A stretch of 64,000 nucleotides of DNA from Octopus vulgaris (taxonomy: Eukaryota), in the NCBI GenBank assembly GCA_951406725.2, contig OX597820.1, positions 1,426,001 to 1,490,000 on the forward strand, written 5' to 3'. Under the pieces are notes generated by a model that searched no databases, was not told where the DNA came from, and saw only the letters and a list, made by a program, of their open reading frames with translations. Below, piece after piece: positions 52,864 to 64,000 of this stretch (positions are counted from its first letter, which is position 1; the number at the start of each line of letters is the position of its first letter). Position numbers and translations under genes: made by a program.

Positions 52864-53618
52864 AATGAATCTACCATTCGTTCCAGATCGAAGGAGCCTG
52901 ATTTGAACCAACGACACAGACGAGTGCATATTTTACATGAAAAGATTGTGATGACCAAGAGAATATGTGACGGTGGAAACACGGCCGCTGTGGGCCATGA
53001 GTTTAGGGTTAATGAATCTACCATTCGTTCCAGATCGAAGGAGCCTGATTTGAACCAACGACACAGACGAGTGCATATTTTACATGAAAAGATTGTGATG
53101 ACCAAGAGAATATGTGACGGTGGAAACACGGCCGCTGTGGGCCATGAGTTTAGGGTTAATGAATCTACCATTCGTTCCAGATCGAAGGAGCCTGATTTGA
53201 ACCAACGACACAGACGAGTGCATATTTTACATGAAAAGATTGTGATGACCAAGAGAATATGTGACGGTGGAAACACGGCCGCTGTGGGCCATGGTTTAGT
53301 GTCAATGAATCTACCATTCGTTCCAGATCGAAGGAGCCTGATTTGAACCAACGACACAGACGAGTGCATATTTTACATGAAAAGATTGTGATGACCAAGA
53401 GAATATGTGACGGTGGAAACACGGCCGCTGTGGGCCATGAGTTTAGGGTTAATGAATCTACCATTCGTTCCAGATCGAAGGAGCCTGATTTGAACCAACG
53501 ACACAGACGAGTGCATATTTTACATGAAAAGATTGTGATGACCAAGAGAATATGTGACGGTGGAAACACGGCCGCTGTGGGCCATGAGTTTAGGGTTAAT
53601 GAATCTACCATTCGTTCC
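52864..53618 (+). repeat. 147-bp tandem repeat (5+ copies) derived from a Tigger/pogo CENP-B-type N-terminal HTH
   Basis: Units at 52864, 53011, 53158, 53304, 53451, 53598; translates RRVHILHEKIVMTKRICDGGNTAAVGHEFRVNESTIRS; Tigger-like end CGTGATAAACGAGGACAGATG|TA at ~53701. Confidence 0.8.
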
Positions 53619-55054
53619 ATTCACAATGTGCATAGAGCTGATTCATTTATCACTGATTTTTTTTCTCTCAACCAAACCCGCGTGATAAACGAGGACAGAT
53701 GTACAAAAAAAAATCACAAATAGAGTTAATATTGTGGAAGAGAATGATTTGAGTAAGCAGTGAATGAAAGAGAAGAAAATGAATGGAAAGGTGGGTCAGT
53801 AGTAATAGGAGATTATAAACTGGAATTCCTGGTTTCAAGGAGCGAATCTAAATAGATGTAATTGCCGTGTGATTAACAGGTATTGTCATCGGCGGATTGG
53901 TATTTAAGCGTTGTTTATTTAACCAACGTCATCACCAACGCCAAGATAGCTGTTGTAACACTACACTCGGCCAGGGTCTGACAACAAAGGAGATGAAGCA
54001 ACAATGGCGAGAAATTCAACAACGAATAAGTTTTAATCTTGAGCGGGTGTTTATGTTAGATTTTATTCTTTTGATATCTATTGTTCTACTACTTCCGACT
54101 TCCGACTTCGCGCCGGCGCGCCACCGTTTGCTATGATAACGATGGCGAACAAAGCCGTCGAGAAAGTCTGTAGGGACAGTCGCTCGATAGTCTAGAAATA
54201 GCTATCAAATGTCCCTCAAACCACATTTCCAAATACACGTCTTAAAACAGACAATGAATAAAGTGACAATGCGATCCTGCGAAATTCCTTGTATACAGGA
54301 ACCCGACTGAATTGTCACAAGTGGAACGTCTTTGGTCGCAGGTTTCTCCGAGCAAAGATGACCCATGGCTAAACAAAACGATAACGACAGACAAGTAAAG
54401 GAGTCGCTATATGGTGCATATAGCGGTGCTGGTGTGTTTACATCCCCGTAGCTTAGCTGTTCGACAAAAAAGACCGATAGAATAAGTACCAGGCTTTAAA
54501 ACAAAATAAGTACTGGAATTGATTCATTCGACTAAAATTCCTCAAGACGGTGCCCCAGCATGGCCACAGCCTAATGATTGAAACAAGTAAGAGATAAAAA
54601 ATGAAAAGGAAAATGTTTTACCAAAATTTAGCGCTAAATTAAGGATGCGGTTTATATACGAATAAATACGGAAGTTGATTATAAGAAGATGTTGGAATAT
54701 GGGTCTTGGGAACATTATCTTTACACTTAAAGCTCACTACGTCACCTTCTTCTAGTTCTCCTCCACCACATTTCTGTACCACACAATAAAACTACATTAC
54801 AATACAATACCACTGTTTCATACAGTAATACTACATTCGGATACGGCATCGAACAACAATTTTATGCCACTGCAACATAATTGCATTACTATGATCTTCA
54901 GGCGATTCGGCCTTTCATCCTTTCGTGGTCGATGCGACCAACAAGCCGCCTCCCATAAAGTTTCAAGTCTTGTACATATAGTTGAGAGGATTATGAAAGC
55001 TATTGAAATTTCGATACGTCGAGCAAAAAAGGATCGTCTTTCATTGATCTAGTC

Positions 55055-56479
55055 CAGTGTTTCCCAAACTGGGGTCCGTGAACCCCTGGTGGTCCGCAAA
55101 GTGGTACTGGTGGTCCATAAACTAAATTCGGAATATATACAGGGTGCGTAGGATATTTGAGGAAAGCTTTAGGTTTATGAAAAAAAAACCAGCTATAATA
55201 ACAGATAATAACTTTATTTATCAAAAAATGCTATGAGGATAAAAATAAACCTTCTTTTCTATAATATTATTCAATAAAGCCACCTTCAGCTTTCAACAAC
55301 TGCTTCTTTATGAGATCTAAATCATCTACTTGCTCGAATCAAGTGGTCCTGGTTCATTTTGGACATTATTCTGACTATGGCAGCTTTCATAGAATCTTTG
55401 GTGTTATTGGCGTATTCATTGACCTCTCTCTCTCTCAACAACGCTCTACATGTAATAGTCCAATGGATTGAGATCTGGGGAATTAGGAGGTCAAATGTTA
55501 GGGGTTATGTGATCATGAACATTTTCAGCCATTCATTCCTGTGTTACTAGAGTCATATGTGATAGTGCAGAGTCTTACTGAAACACATATGGCCTTCCAT
55601 TGCATACACTGTCTATCCAGGGCTTAACAATTGTTTCCAGCCCTCAATGTAGGCGGCAGAGTTAACCCTAAGGCCTCGTAGAAAGAGGTAAGGAGGCATC
55701 ACGTGTCATTCATTGCTGACAACCCCTAAAACCATGACAGTTTCAGGAAATTTTGTATGCATAACACTTGGAATTTCACAAGGGTCTGCACATAACCATG
55801 TCATTTCTTCTGTTAACTTTTTTATCTTGGTCGAAGTTTTTCTCGTTTGAGAAAAACCAAATCAAATCTTCTTCTGCTGGATTTTTCAGTTTGTTTAAGA
55901 ACCTTTTAGATCTGATGTAGTGATTTTCTTTTGCTTTTTCTAACAAAATGACCTTTCCTCATCATATAAGAATTATATCTGATGTCTTCTTGGACAAAAT
56001 TTCTGACTGTTCCTTCTGACACATGGAAATCTTTTGCAACTGGCCTCATGGACTTTCTGGCATTGTAATCAATGGTCTGTTGAACTTGCTGGATGAATTC
56101 CGGTGTTCCGATGATTTTAGGGCGGTTAGAACGCTTTTTATGCTTTGATAGTGTTGATATGTTTCCATCTTCAGTCTCTAACTCCTTACAAACTGTGTAG
56201 ACGAAAGATCTGGCAACTTTTAAAAGTCGAGATATTTCTAAATCGCTATGCTCAGCCTTTATAACCACAATAACAGCATGCCTCTTCATTTCTTGAGTAA
56301 GATGAGGGTCTGCCATTATTATTTTCTGAAACAAAAATTATACAGAGTTAGCAAAAAATGCAGCAATGACCCCCAAAAAGGTATGTCCTCAAATACCTTA
56401 CGCTCCCTGTATATATATATATGCATAAAGACAAGCATATTAAAAGGGGTCATTTGAATAAAAGGGTTGGGAACCACTG
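55055..56479. mobile_element. hAT-Charlie-type MITE interrupted by the maT element
   Basis: TIR CAGTGTTTCCCAAAC / GTTGGGAACCACTG; TSD ATCTAGTC/CTCTGGTC (6/8). Confidence 0.7.
55140..56409 (-). mobile_element. maT (DD37D) transposon, pseudogenised
   Basis: TIR CAGGGTGCGTAGGATATTTGAGGA / TCCTCAAATACCTTACGCTCCCTG with TA flanks; FQ*DSA...PPNSPDLNPLDYY with 37 residues between the Ds. Confidence 0.9.
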
Positions 56480-56545
56480 CTCTGGTCAGATTTGTAAAAG
56501 CTTAACTTACATGCTTCCTTGTTAGACTATTTACAAGGCTTTTAA

Positions 56546-57175
56546 GGAATACCTACACAACTGTGTTCCCCTCCACGGATTTTGTTTCCTCATAACATTT
56601 AGAAAAATTAATATTTTTTGTAATGAAATTTTCAACAAATACCTTTCAGATAGTGTAGATTTCGATTGTGTAAGAATTTGTTGTGAACATTTTTTTTTCG
56701 GAAGATGGTGAGGAGTTTCAAATAATTTACACGCCTCTATTTTTTCCCTCATAACTTTAAAAAAGAAATGGATATGTTTCTAGTGAAAATTCTACAAATA
56801 TCTTTCAAATGGTGTAGATTACGTGTATGTCGTAATTTAATTTATTTTATTTTTTATTTTATCTAGTTTCAGCTCACGAGCTGTGGCCATGCTGATGGAA
56901 AAAAAATATAGAATTGATCATACATCGCATATATGTCTACAAAATGAAACTTGAAATTTTGAAAACAAATTGTGACGTAACAGCATATTGTGACGTAACA
57001 GCATATTGTGACGTACGCTCACACCATTTCTTTTTTTCGTGTCACATTCCGGTATAGTTGTAATCCACACCATCTGAAAGGTAATTGTAGAAAACTTCAT
57101 TAAAAAGTATCCGTTTCGTCCCCAAAGTTAGGAGGAAACAAAATTAGGTGGGGGGGTCAATTGTGTAGGTATTCT
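56546..57175. mobile_element. MITE-like element
   Basis: Inverted ends GAATACCTACACAA / TTGTGTAGGTATTC and internal inverted AAATACCTTTCAGATAGTGTAGATT motif; TSD not clear. Confidence 0.5.
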
Positions 57176-57934
57176 GGATTGAACGTTTAACATTTGCATA
57201 ATGTCAGCTTTTGTAATATATATTAATGGAGCAGCATGTGGTGAAAATCAGCAGAGAGAGGGGGAGAGAGATGGATAGTTGAGGTAAAGAATGGTGAAGG
57301 TGGTTAGAAAGTAATGAAAGAAATGGAAAAGGATAAAAAGAGAAAGAGAGGCAAACCATGACAGGTATAAATGGTGGAAGAGGTAGGGACGACATGTAGA
57401 TAGAGTAAAGAGAGAAGGAAGACGGATGAAAGATGGAGAGAAATCTAAGCATCAATAGTAAAAAGGCGGAAAGATGGCCGAATGTCACACTGACAGATAC
57501 ACAGACGAATATCTAAAGAAAAAAAAGAAACCAATGAAACACAGACAAAAATATAAGCATAAAGAGTAAAGTGACCACCTTTCGGTAGCAGGAGTGAAAC
57601 ACAGAGAAACAGACAGACGATCAGTTATAAGGATAGACACGACAGATATGTGTCTGACAAATATGCAGGCGGAAAAAATGTCGGCTAAACAGCTTGTCAC
57701 ATCAAAAAAAATTGTTATGGCTTCTACAAACATTGTTTTGTAGATTTTTGGTTACCTTAAAACAATTCTCAGCTCCCTATTTACCCTCTCCTTCTCTCTT
57801 CGTCTGTTATTATAGTATTTTCTTTCTTTCCTTTCTTTCTTTCTTTCTCTCTTACATATCCATTTTTTCCCTTTTTTTTGTCTCTTTTTCTTTGGTGCCT
57901 TGTATGTATCACGTCTTCTATCTATCTATCTCTT

Positions 57935-58001
<67 letters not shown>

Positions 58002-58296
58002 TTCTTTGTGTGTGTGGGTTTGTAATCTTTTATCTGTAACTTCTTTCAGTCATTCGACTGCGGCCGTGTTGGGGCATCGCATTCGAGGGTTTAGTCAAAC
58101 AAATTGACTTATTTTCTAAGTTTGGTACTTACCCTATCCGCCTCTTTTTCACAAGTTACGAGGCCCTAAAGTTTAGGCCCTAAATAAACCAACATTCATT
58201 GTGAAGTGGTGGTGATGGTGTTGGGTGACAAACACAGACGCAAAGACACATAAACATATATACATGCATACGTATATATATATTAATATATATACG

Positions 58297-58340
<44 letters not shown>

Positions 58341-58547
58341 TGCGTATGTTCATATGTAAGTACGTATGTAGGTAGGTATGTGTGTCCATACATACGCGTA
58401 TGTATGTGTCTATGCATATTACTCTATTTCACTTTTCTTGCTTTATATTTTTTTTTCCTTTTTTGTTTTATATCAGCTTGTTATTGTTTTTATACATTTC
58501 CATGCTTCTCTCACTAAAAATTTTTTCTTTGTCTTTTATAGTTACTC

Positions 58548-58609
<62 letters not shown>

Positions 58610-59149
58610 GCATTCACCCATAACTCTCTCCTAAACACAACTATTCTCACCCATGTCCTAACACACACATGCAAACATTCTTTCTTAGCCGTCCTTTCTC
58701 GCTTCCCCCACGCATTTTGCACGCATATTTCACTGTACTTAACAAACACAACCGTCCACCCTCACCTCTCTCACACAAACTATCTTCATTTATCAATACA
58801 ATCCATTTTTGTATTGAAGTTTTCAAAGTAACGACCACTTCAGAATGTCGGTGGATAGAGGACGAAACCGGAAGTGCCAATACACTAAGTTATTTATGTT
58901 TTAGTGGTGAGAATATCGTTGCTGAAACCGGAAAAGTCACATCTTGTAATTTCAATGGTTTATGAAATCTGAGCGGAAAATAGCGATAGGCTGTCATTTT
59001 TGTTATTTTATCGTATTGTTTTTTTATTTTCAATCTGATTATGACAATTTACGAAATCTGATTATGTAAGCTCATAAAATTTGAGCAGAAATTTGAGTAA
59101 ACAGAGATGGTGATAGGTTTTTACTTTTTTATTTTATTTTTTAAAAATA

Positions 59150-59607
59150 CATCTTCTTCTCGACTTACGACCGAGTTCCGTTCCGACTGACTGGTCGTAA
59201 ATCAATCTGGTCGTATGTCGGATTTACATTTTTCAACACCTTTATCATTCAAACGAGTTATGAATATATAAACCACAAAAATTTAATCCATAATTATTGT
59301 ACATCGTGGGAAAAATACATAATATGCCCTCTATTATACTGTAAACAACAACAAAATTAATACAAAGGAAATTCCGCTTACGTACAATAAAAAAAAATAT
59401 TGCCCCTGAACAAAAAGTGCAAATGAAAATATATTTTTGATTTTCCCAGTCATGTTCTTGGGTTGAGATTGATGGTTTTTCGAGGAACATGGTGAGCTTT
59501 GTTGGATTGTTTTGTCTTCTTTTTTTTCCTCATATATCTTACGTTAACAACACACAGATCTTGAAGGTTACGCTTATTTCTTGTGGTCGTAAGTCAAGGA
59601 GAAGTTG
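59150..59607. mobile_element. Tigger/pogo-type MITE
   Basis: CATCTTCTTCTCGACTTACGACC / GGTCGTAAGTCAAGGAGAAGTTG, TA on both sides. Confidence 0.7.
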
Positions 59608-60209
59608 TATTTCGAAATCTGTTTATGAAAGTCCGTGAAATTTAAACGGGAAATTTAGGTGAATAGAGATGGTGGTCCTTCACATCAGCTAAAGTATGTA
59701 AAAACACATTGGAATACTGCTCACACTGCTAACGCGCTCCTGCTACGCGCACGCGCGCGTGTGTGTGTGCGTGTGTACATGCGCACTCGTAAGTATTAAC
59801 GTTAACGCGTGGCGGATCGATAAACACAAGCGTTTATGGCAAAATAATCACAATTACGTTGACATCTCCTGTGTGGATAAGATGTCTTTGTTGGTGTTAC
59901 ATTTCCGTTTACAATTACCTACAAAGTGGGACGGTGTCCAACACACAATTTATGTTGGACTGTCTCTCAACCTATTGATCGAACTTCTCGGTCAACTTTG
60001 TTCAAAAATAAATACAAAAGGAAGCTACACATACAAAATCAATTTTCATGGGATCGTCGAATTGGTGAAGACGTGATATTTTTCATTCAAGGGAAGAAGA
60101 GACATGTTTACACATACATACTTACATGCATACAGACGTACACACATACATGCATGCGTGCATACAAACATACATAACACACACATATATAAACACATAT
60201 ATACATTCA

Positions 60210-60300
<91 letters not shown>

Positions 60301-60304
<4 letters not shown>

Positions 60305-62030
60305 AATGAAAGACGGAAGATGGAATATATGAGAATTTATTGTTAATGACGACAGTTGTTTCGACACACCTAGCATCGATTCCTCTTGGGTGGGACACTC
60401 AACAACTGGTTCAGGAGCATCCGGTGGTGCAGATGTATCTCGTCGGGTGATAAATAATTACAACTTGTTAAAATGATTGTTCTGCAATGTAACTTCCCGT
60501 TTTGTAGAGAGAAAAGCAGCCGAACGGAGGAAATATCTTCATTTATATACAAGATCAAAAATAAAATCAAAGATGGCAAAAAGGGAAACTAACACACATG
60601 CAATCCAGCGAGAAAAGTATTAAAAATAATCGTTAACAAATATGGATGTATAAATGCCCTCGGGAAAGCTGCATGGCGCGAGTACACTCGCTCATACAAG
60701 CATCCGCAAAAATGTAAGCATACGCACACGTAAGGTTTGGTGCACTCATGATCACAAAGCGAGTTAGCTATCTACTTGGTGTTTGTTAGAATGGGGACGT
60801 TAAAAGTAAACTTCAGTCATCCATACCTTAAATTAAATTATGTTAACGGTTACTCAAAATTCATTTCCACTGCATTGTGCGGAATTGCATTTATATGCGT
60901 GTAGGCATCTCGAGAGTCGTTCAGAAATCCTATTAATTATCTTCTGGTTATTCCACAGAGTAGACAGGGATTCCTCGGAGCAGAGACGGCATCTCCTGGA
61001 AATTATATTGTATGGTTTCGCGTACCTTACTATGGACCAATTAATGCTGTACTTCATTTTATCCTCCTCCAGTCACCATACAAAATCTGCCAAAAGATGT
61101 TGAATGTCTCTTATTGATTGTCTTAAAGCTGGCAATATGATTACGATAACCATTCTTAAATGAATCAGACGTCTACCCAATGTAAACATATGGCCCTGCC
61201 CTTATGTGCACGGTACATTTATATACAAGATCTGTACTCATACCGAGATTCATCAAAGGACGTTTTGATTTTTCTCTGCATGAGCATTTATCGTATGTAT
61301 TTCTATATAAGGTAGTCCCGACTCCATTTAATGGCGTTGTTACCATGCTAGCTGTATCATAAGTATTTCTACTACTACAAATTGGTCGTAGTTGGTGTTT
61401 ATCATTATGGTTTACATCTCCTTGGTTGGTATTGAGATGCAAATGTTCTCTAGATCCAGTAGGTGGGTTATTGAACCTTTGCCGCATTTTGCTATTGCTT
61501 ATGCGATGCATAAGCTGCTCTAAATTAGCAGGGTTGGCGTAGGATACCTTCACTGTGTGCCGATTAAAAGTAGCATGATACTGATTAGATTTAAACTTGT
61601 CCAAAAGTGTAACACTTTTCCAAAGAAAATACTTGTCTAAAGCAGCAAAAAAATTTTCCGGCGCTCTTGGTTGAAATATGCGAAGGGAAAATCGTGTTGA
61701 ACCAAAGGACATCCTGATTCATATATCTGTTGTTAGGATTATTTGATCGAGTGGGTTGTACAGGATTGGGACAAGCAGTTGAATTATCATGTCGCGTGTG
61801 TCTATGAGTTTTCGTTGGTAGTTCATTGAAAAGACCAATTCTTCCTGGCCTGTATTCATTATCTGAATGACTTCTGAAACCGAGACGTTGTGGTGGTATA
61901 CAACGTGTATCACTGTTGGAGGAATTACCAGTGTTGTGTATGATTGCTTCTTGTATATATTGAACTTTTCATGGTACCAAGCCCTAGCTGGAGCAACATT
62001 ATAATAAGATGCATGTGATTCGAAAATATG
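60301..62030 (-). mobile_element. Penelope-like retroelement remnant (post-RT region, GIY-YIG endonuclease, 3' UTR with HHR)
   Basis: FNRHTVKVSY, CSCR, LVYKCTV..YVYIG, YSINWSIV..AKPY..RCRLCSEE; stops and frameshifts; 3' end abuts (TA)n. Confidence 0.85.
60337..60457 (-). ncRNA. Degenerate type I hammerhead in the Penelope 3' end
   Basis: Minus CCGACGA-GAUACAUCU...AGGUGUGUC-GAAAC-AACU-GUC; 9-bp stem II; U4-to-C change; weak stem I. Confidence 0.6.
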
Positions 62031-63231
62031 TAGGTAGGTAGGCATACAAGGATGGATGGATAGATGGATGGATGCGTGGTTGAGAAGTTCGCTTTTCAAC
62101 CACGTGTTTTCATGTTCAGTTCCCATGCCTTGTGAATGAACTTGAAAGACGAAAACACTATGGAAGCCCGTCAACAATACATATATATACACATACATAT
62201 ACACACACACACATATATATACATACACACACGTATATACATACATACACATATCACACACACACAGACGTATTTCTGTATGTATGTATGTGTGTGTGTG
62301 TGTATGTGTTTGTGTGTGTGTGTGTGTGTGTGTTCTCTTTGTTCTATATTTTTATTCTTATAAACATCACTCAGCGGACATTTTGTTTATCCCTACTCTT
62401 ATGAATACCCCTCATATTAACTGCTATATACAATGTGTATATGATAGACATGTATGTATGTGTGCACATTCAATTAAACTGACACGAACACGATCCGTTT
62501 TCCTTTTCTTCCTTTCTTTTGTCCGTTTCTATAAACTGTTTTTGGTACTTCCTTTGTTTGATTCGTCATTCTCAGAACATTTTTTAACGCATAAACAAGG
62601 AAGTGCTCGAAGCTGTCCAAATATGGAGCCAGGGGTTAGTTTTTAACCTACAACCACAGCAGCAGCAACAACATCGTCAGCTGCTACTGTTACTACTACT
62701 ACTGCTGCTGCTGCTGGTACTACTAGTACTACATATGGTCCACAAATATCCCCCTCAACACGATCATCATCATTGACAGTGTAACGTCTATTATTATGTC
62801 GATGTATGTAATTGTATGCATGTATATACGCGTGCATGTACCTATATACACTTGTGTGTATGCGTGAGAGTGTGTGTGTGCATACATATATGTACATAAA
62901 CATGTGAGTACGTGCACGCTTGTCTGCTCATGTATATGAATGCATACATACATGAATATACATACGTATAGACACAAAGACAAACACCTAACTATACACA
63001 TATGCATATACATGCATGCATGCATACATACACACATACACATCGACACACATATATACATCTGTGTGTGTGTAAAACAGGAAACGATTCTAATCGTCTG
63101 GACGTAAACGTTTGCGCTCACTTAACAGTCTGTTAATCTATCTATTTCGCTGCACGTTTGTAATTCTGCTTGCCTCTATCTTTGTCAAGCAATCTATCTG
63201 TCTGTCTGTCTGTTTGTCTCCTTATCTGTGT

Positions 63232-63269
<38 letters not shown>

Positions 63270-64000
63270 TGACAACTTCTGTTTGCTACCGTCAACAAGA
63301 CCAACACTACCCGACCTGTACGAACGGGTGGCTACAAACATCCGCATACCTTCGACATTTGAAACATTTACCAGACGCTAGATTTTTGTCAGGTGACACT
63401 TCTTGACTAAAGTCAACAATGCATAGCCTGACGTCTCCTTTTCTTCCCATCCACCCTTTCTTTTATTATCATCTCTGACAGCTTTGGAGAGAAAATAAGT
63501 ATCTACCATTTATCGTGCAATTGTTAACCAATTCTTCTTTTTCTTTTTTCATTTAATAGAGAAAAGGACAAACAATAAACAAACAAAATTAAACAAAGAT
63601 GGGATCTTTTGTTTGCTGCGTTTGCCCAAGAAGCTTTAATCTCTTCTCTTCTGTCTATGCCATACCAATGTGTTGTAGCTGCAAAGTTCATATCTAAAAG
63701 TCAGTGTTTAAGAGTATTTGCTATTGCTAAACTATAATAAATGTCTGTGCTAATACAGTTTAGTTTCTATAGCTAAAACTTTATATCTAAATCTCGCTAT
63801 AATAGTATATTTGCTGGGACTGAAAACTTCCAGTCTCTAATCGTTGGTACTGTTGACCTGTTTATTTATGTAGAAGGATTAAGATTGTGTTTGAATGAGA
63901 GACTGGAGGTTTAAAGAGAAAGTGAGTGCATTAAATTGGTTAGTATTCTGTTGGCAAGACCATATGAGCAAAAGTTGTATTATCAGAAGAGACGAAGGCG

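Noticed and set aside
53897-54136. 79-aa ORF in unique-looking DNA
   Set aside because: TTG start and no recognisable homology; cannot support as an exon

Overview
AT-rich, microsatellite-saturated eukaryotic DNA with no intact host protein-coding gene that I can support. The SINE families and the (TA)n/(CA)n/(ACAT)n/(GATA)n load look like octopus/cephalopod intronic or intergenic sequence (inference from repeat content). Nearly all ORF-track entries are microsatellite artefacts. Real coding remnants are all from transposons: CR1-like and RTE LINE pieces, DD34D mariner, DD37D (maT) and DD41D-like transposases, a Penelope-like RT/GIY-YIG element and a tandemly amplified Tigger/CENP-B-type HTH. 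There are also non-autonomous Helitrons, MITEs and many tRNA-derived SINEs. The notable signal is RNA-level: about a dozen hammerhead-ribozyme (HHR) motifs in short non-coding elements inserted in (TA)n tracts. They include (i) three sequence-unrelated copies of a non-circularly permuted, pseudoknotted hammerhead (4721, 43769, degenerate 20930) and (ii) a young 359-bp tandem retrozyme-like repeat with a U3-A8 covariant minimal HHR at the tip of a long rod-like stem. Three HHR elements also share a 5'-inverted Penelope pseudo-LTR-like architecture. All structures were derived by eye and need computational and biochemical confirmation.
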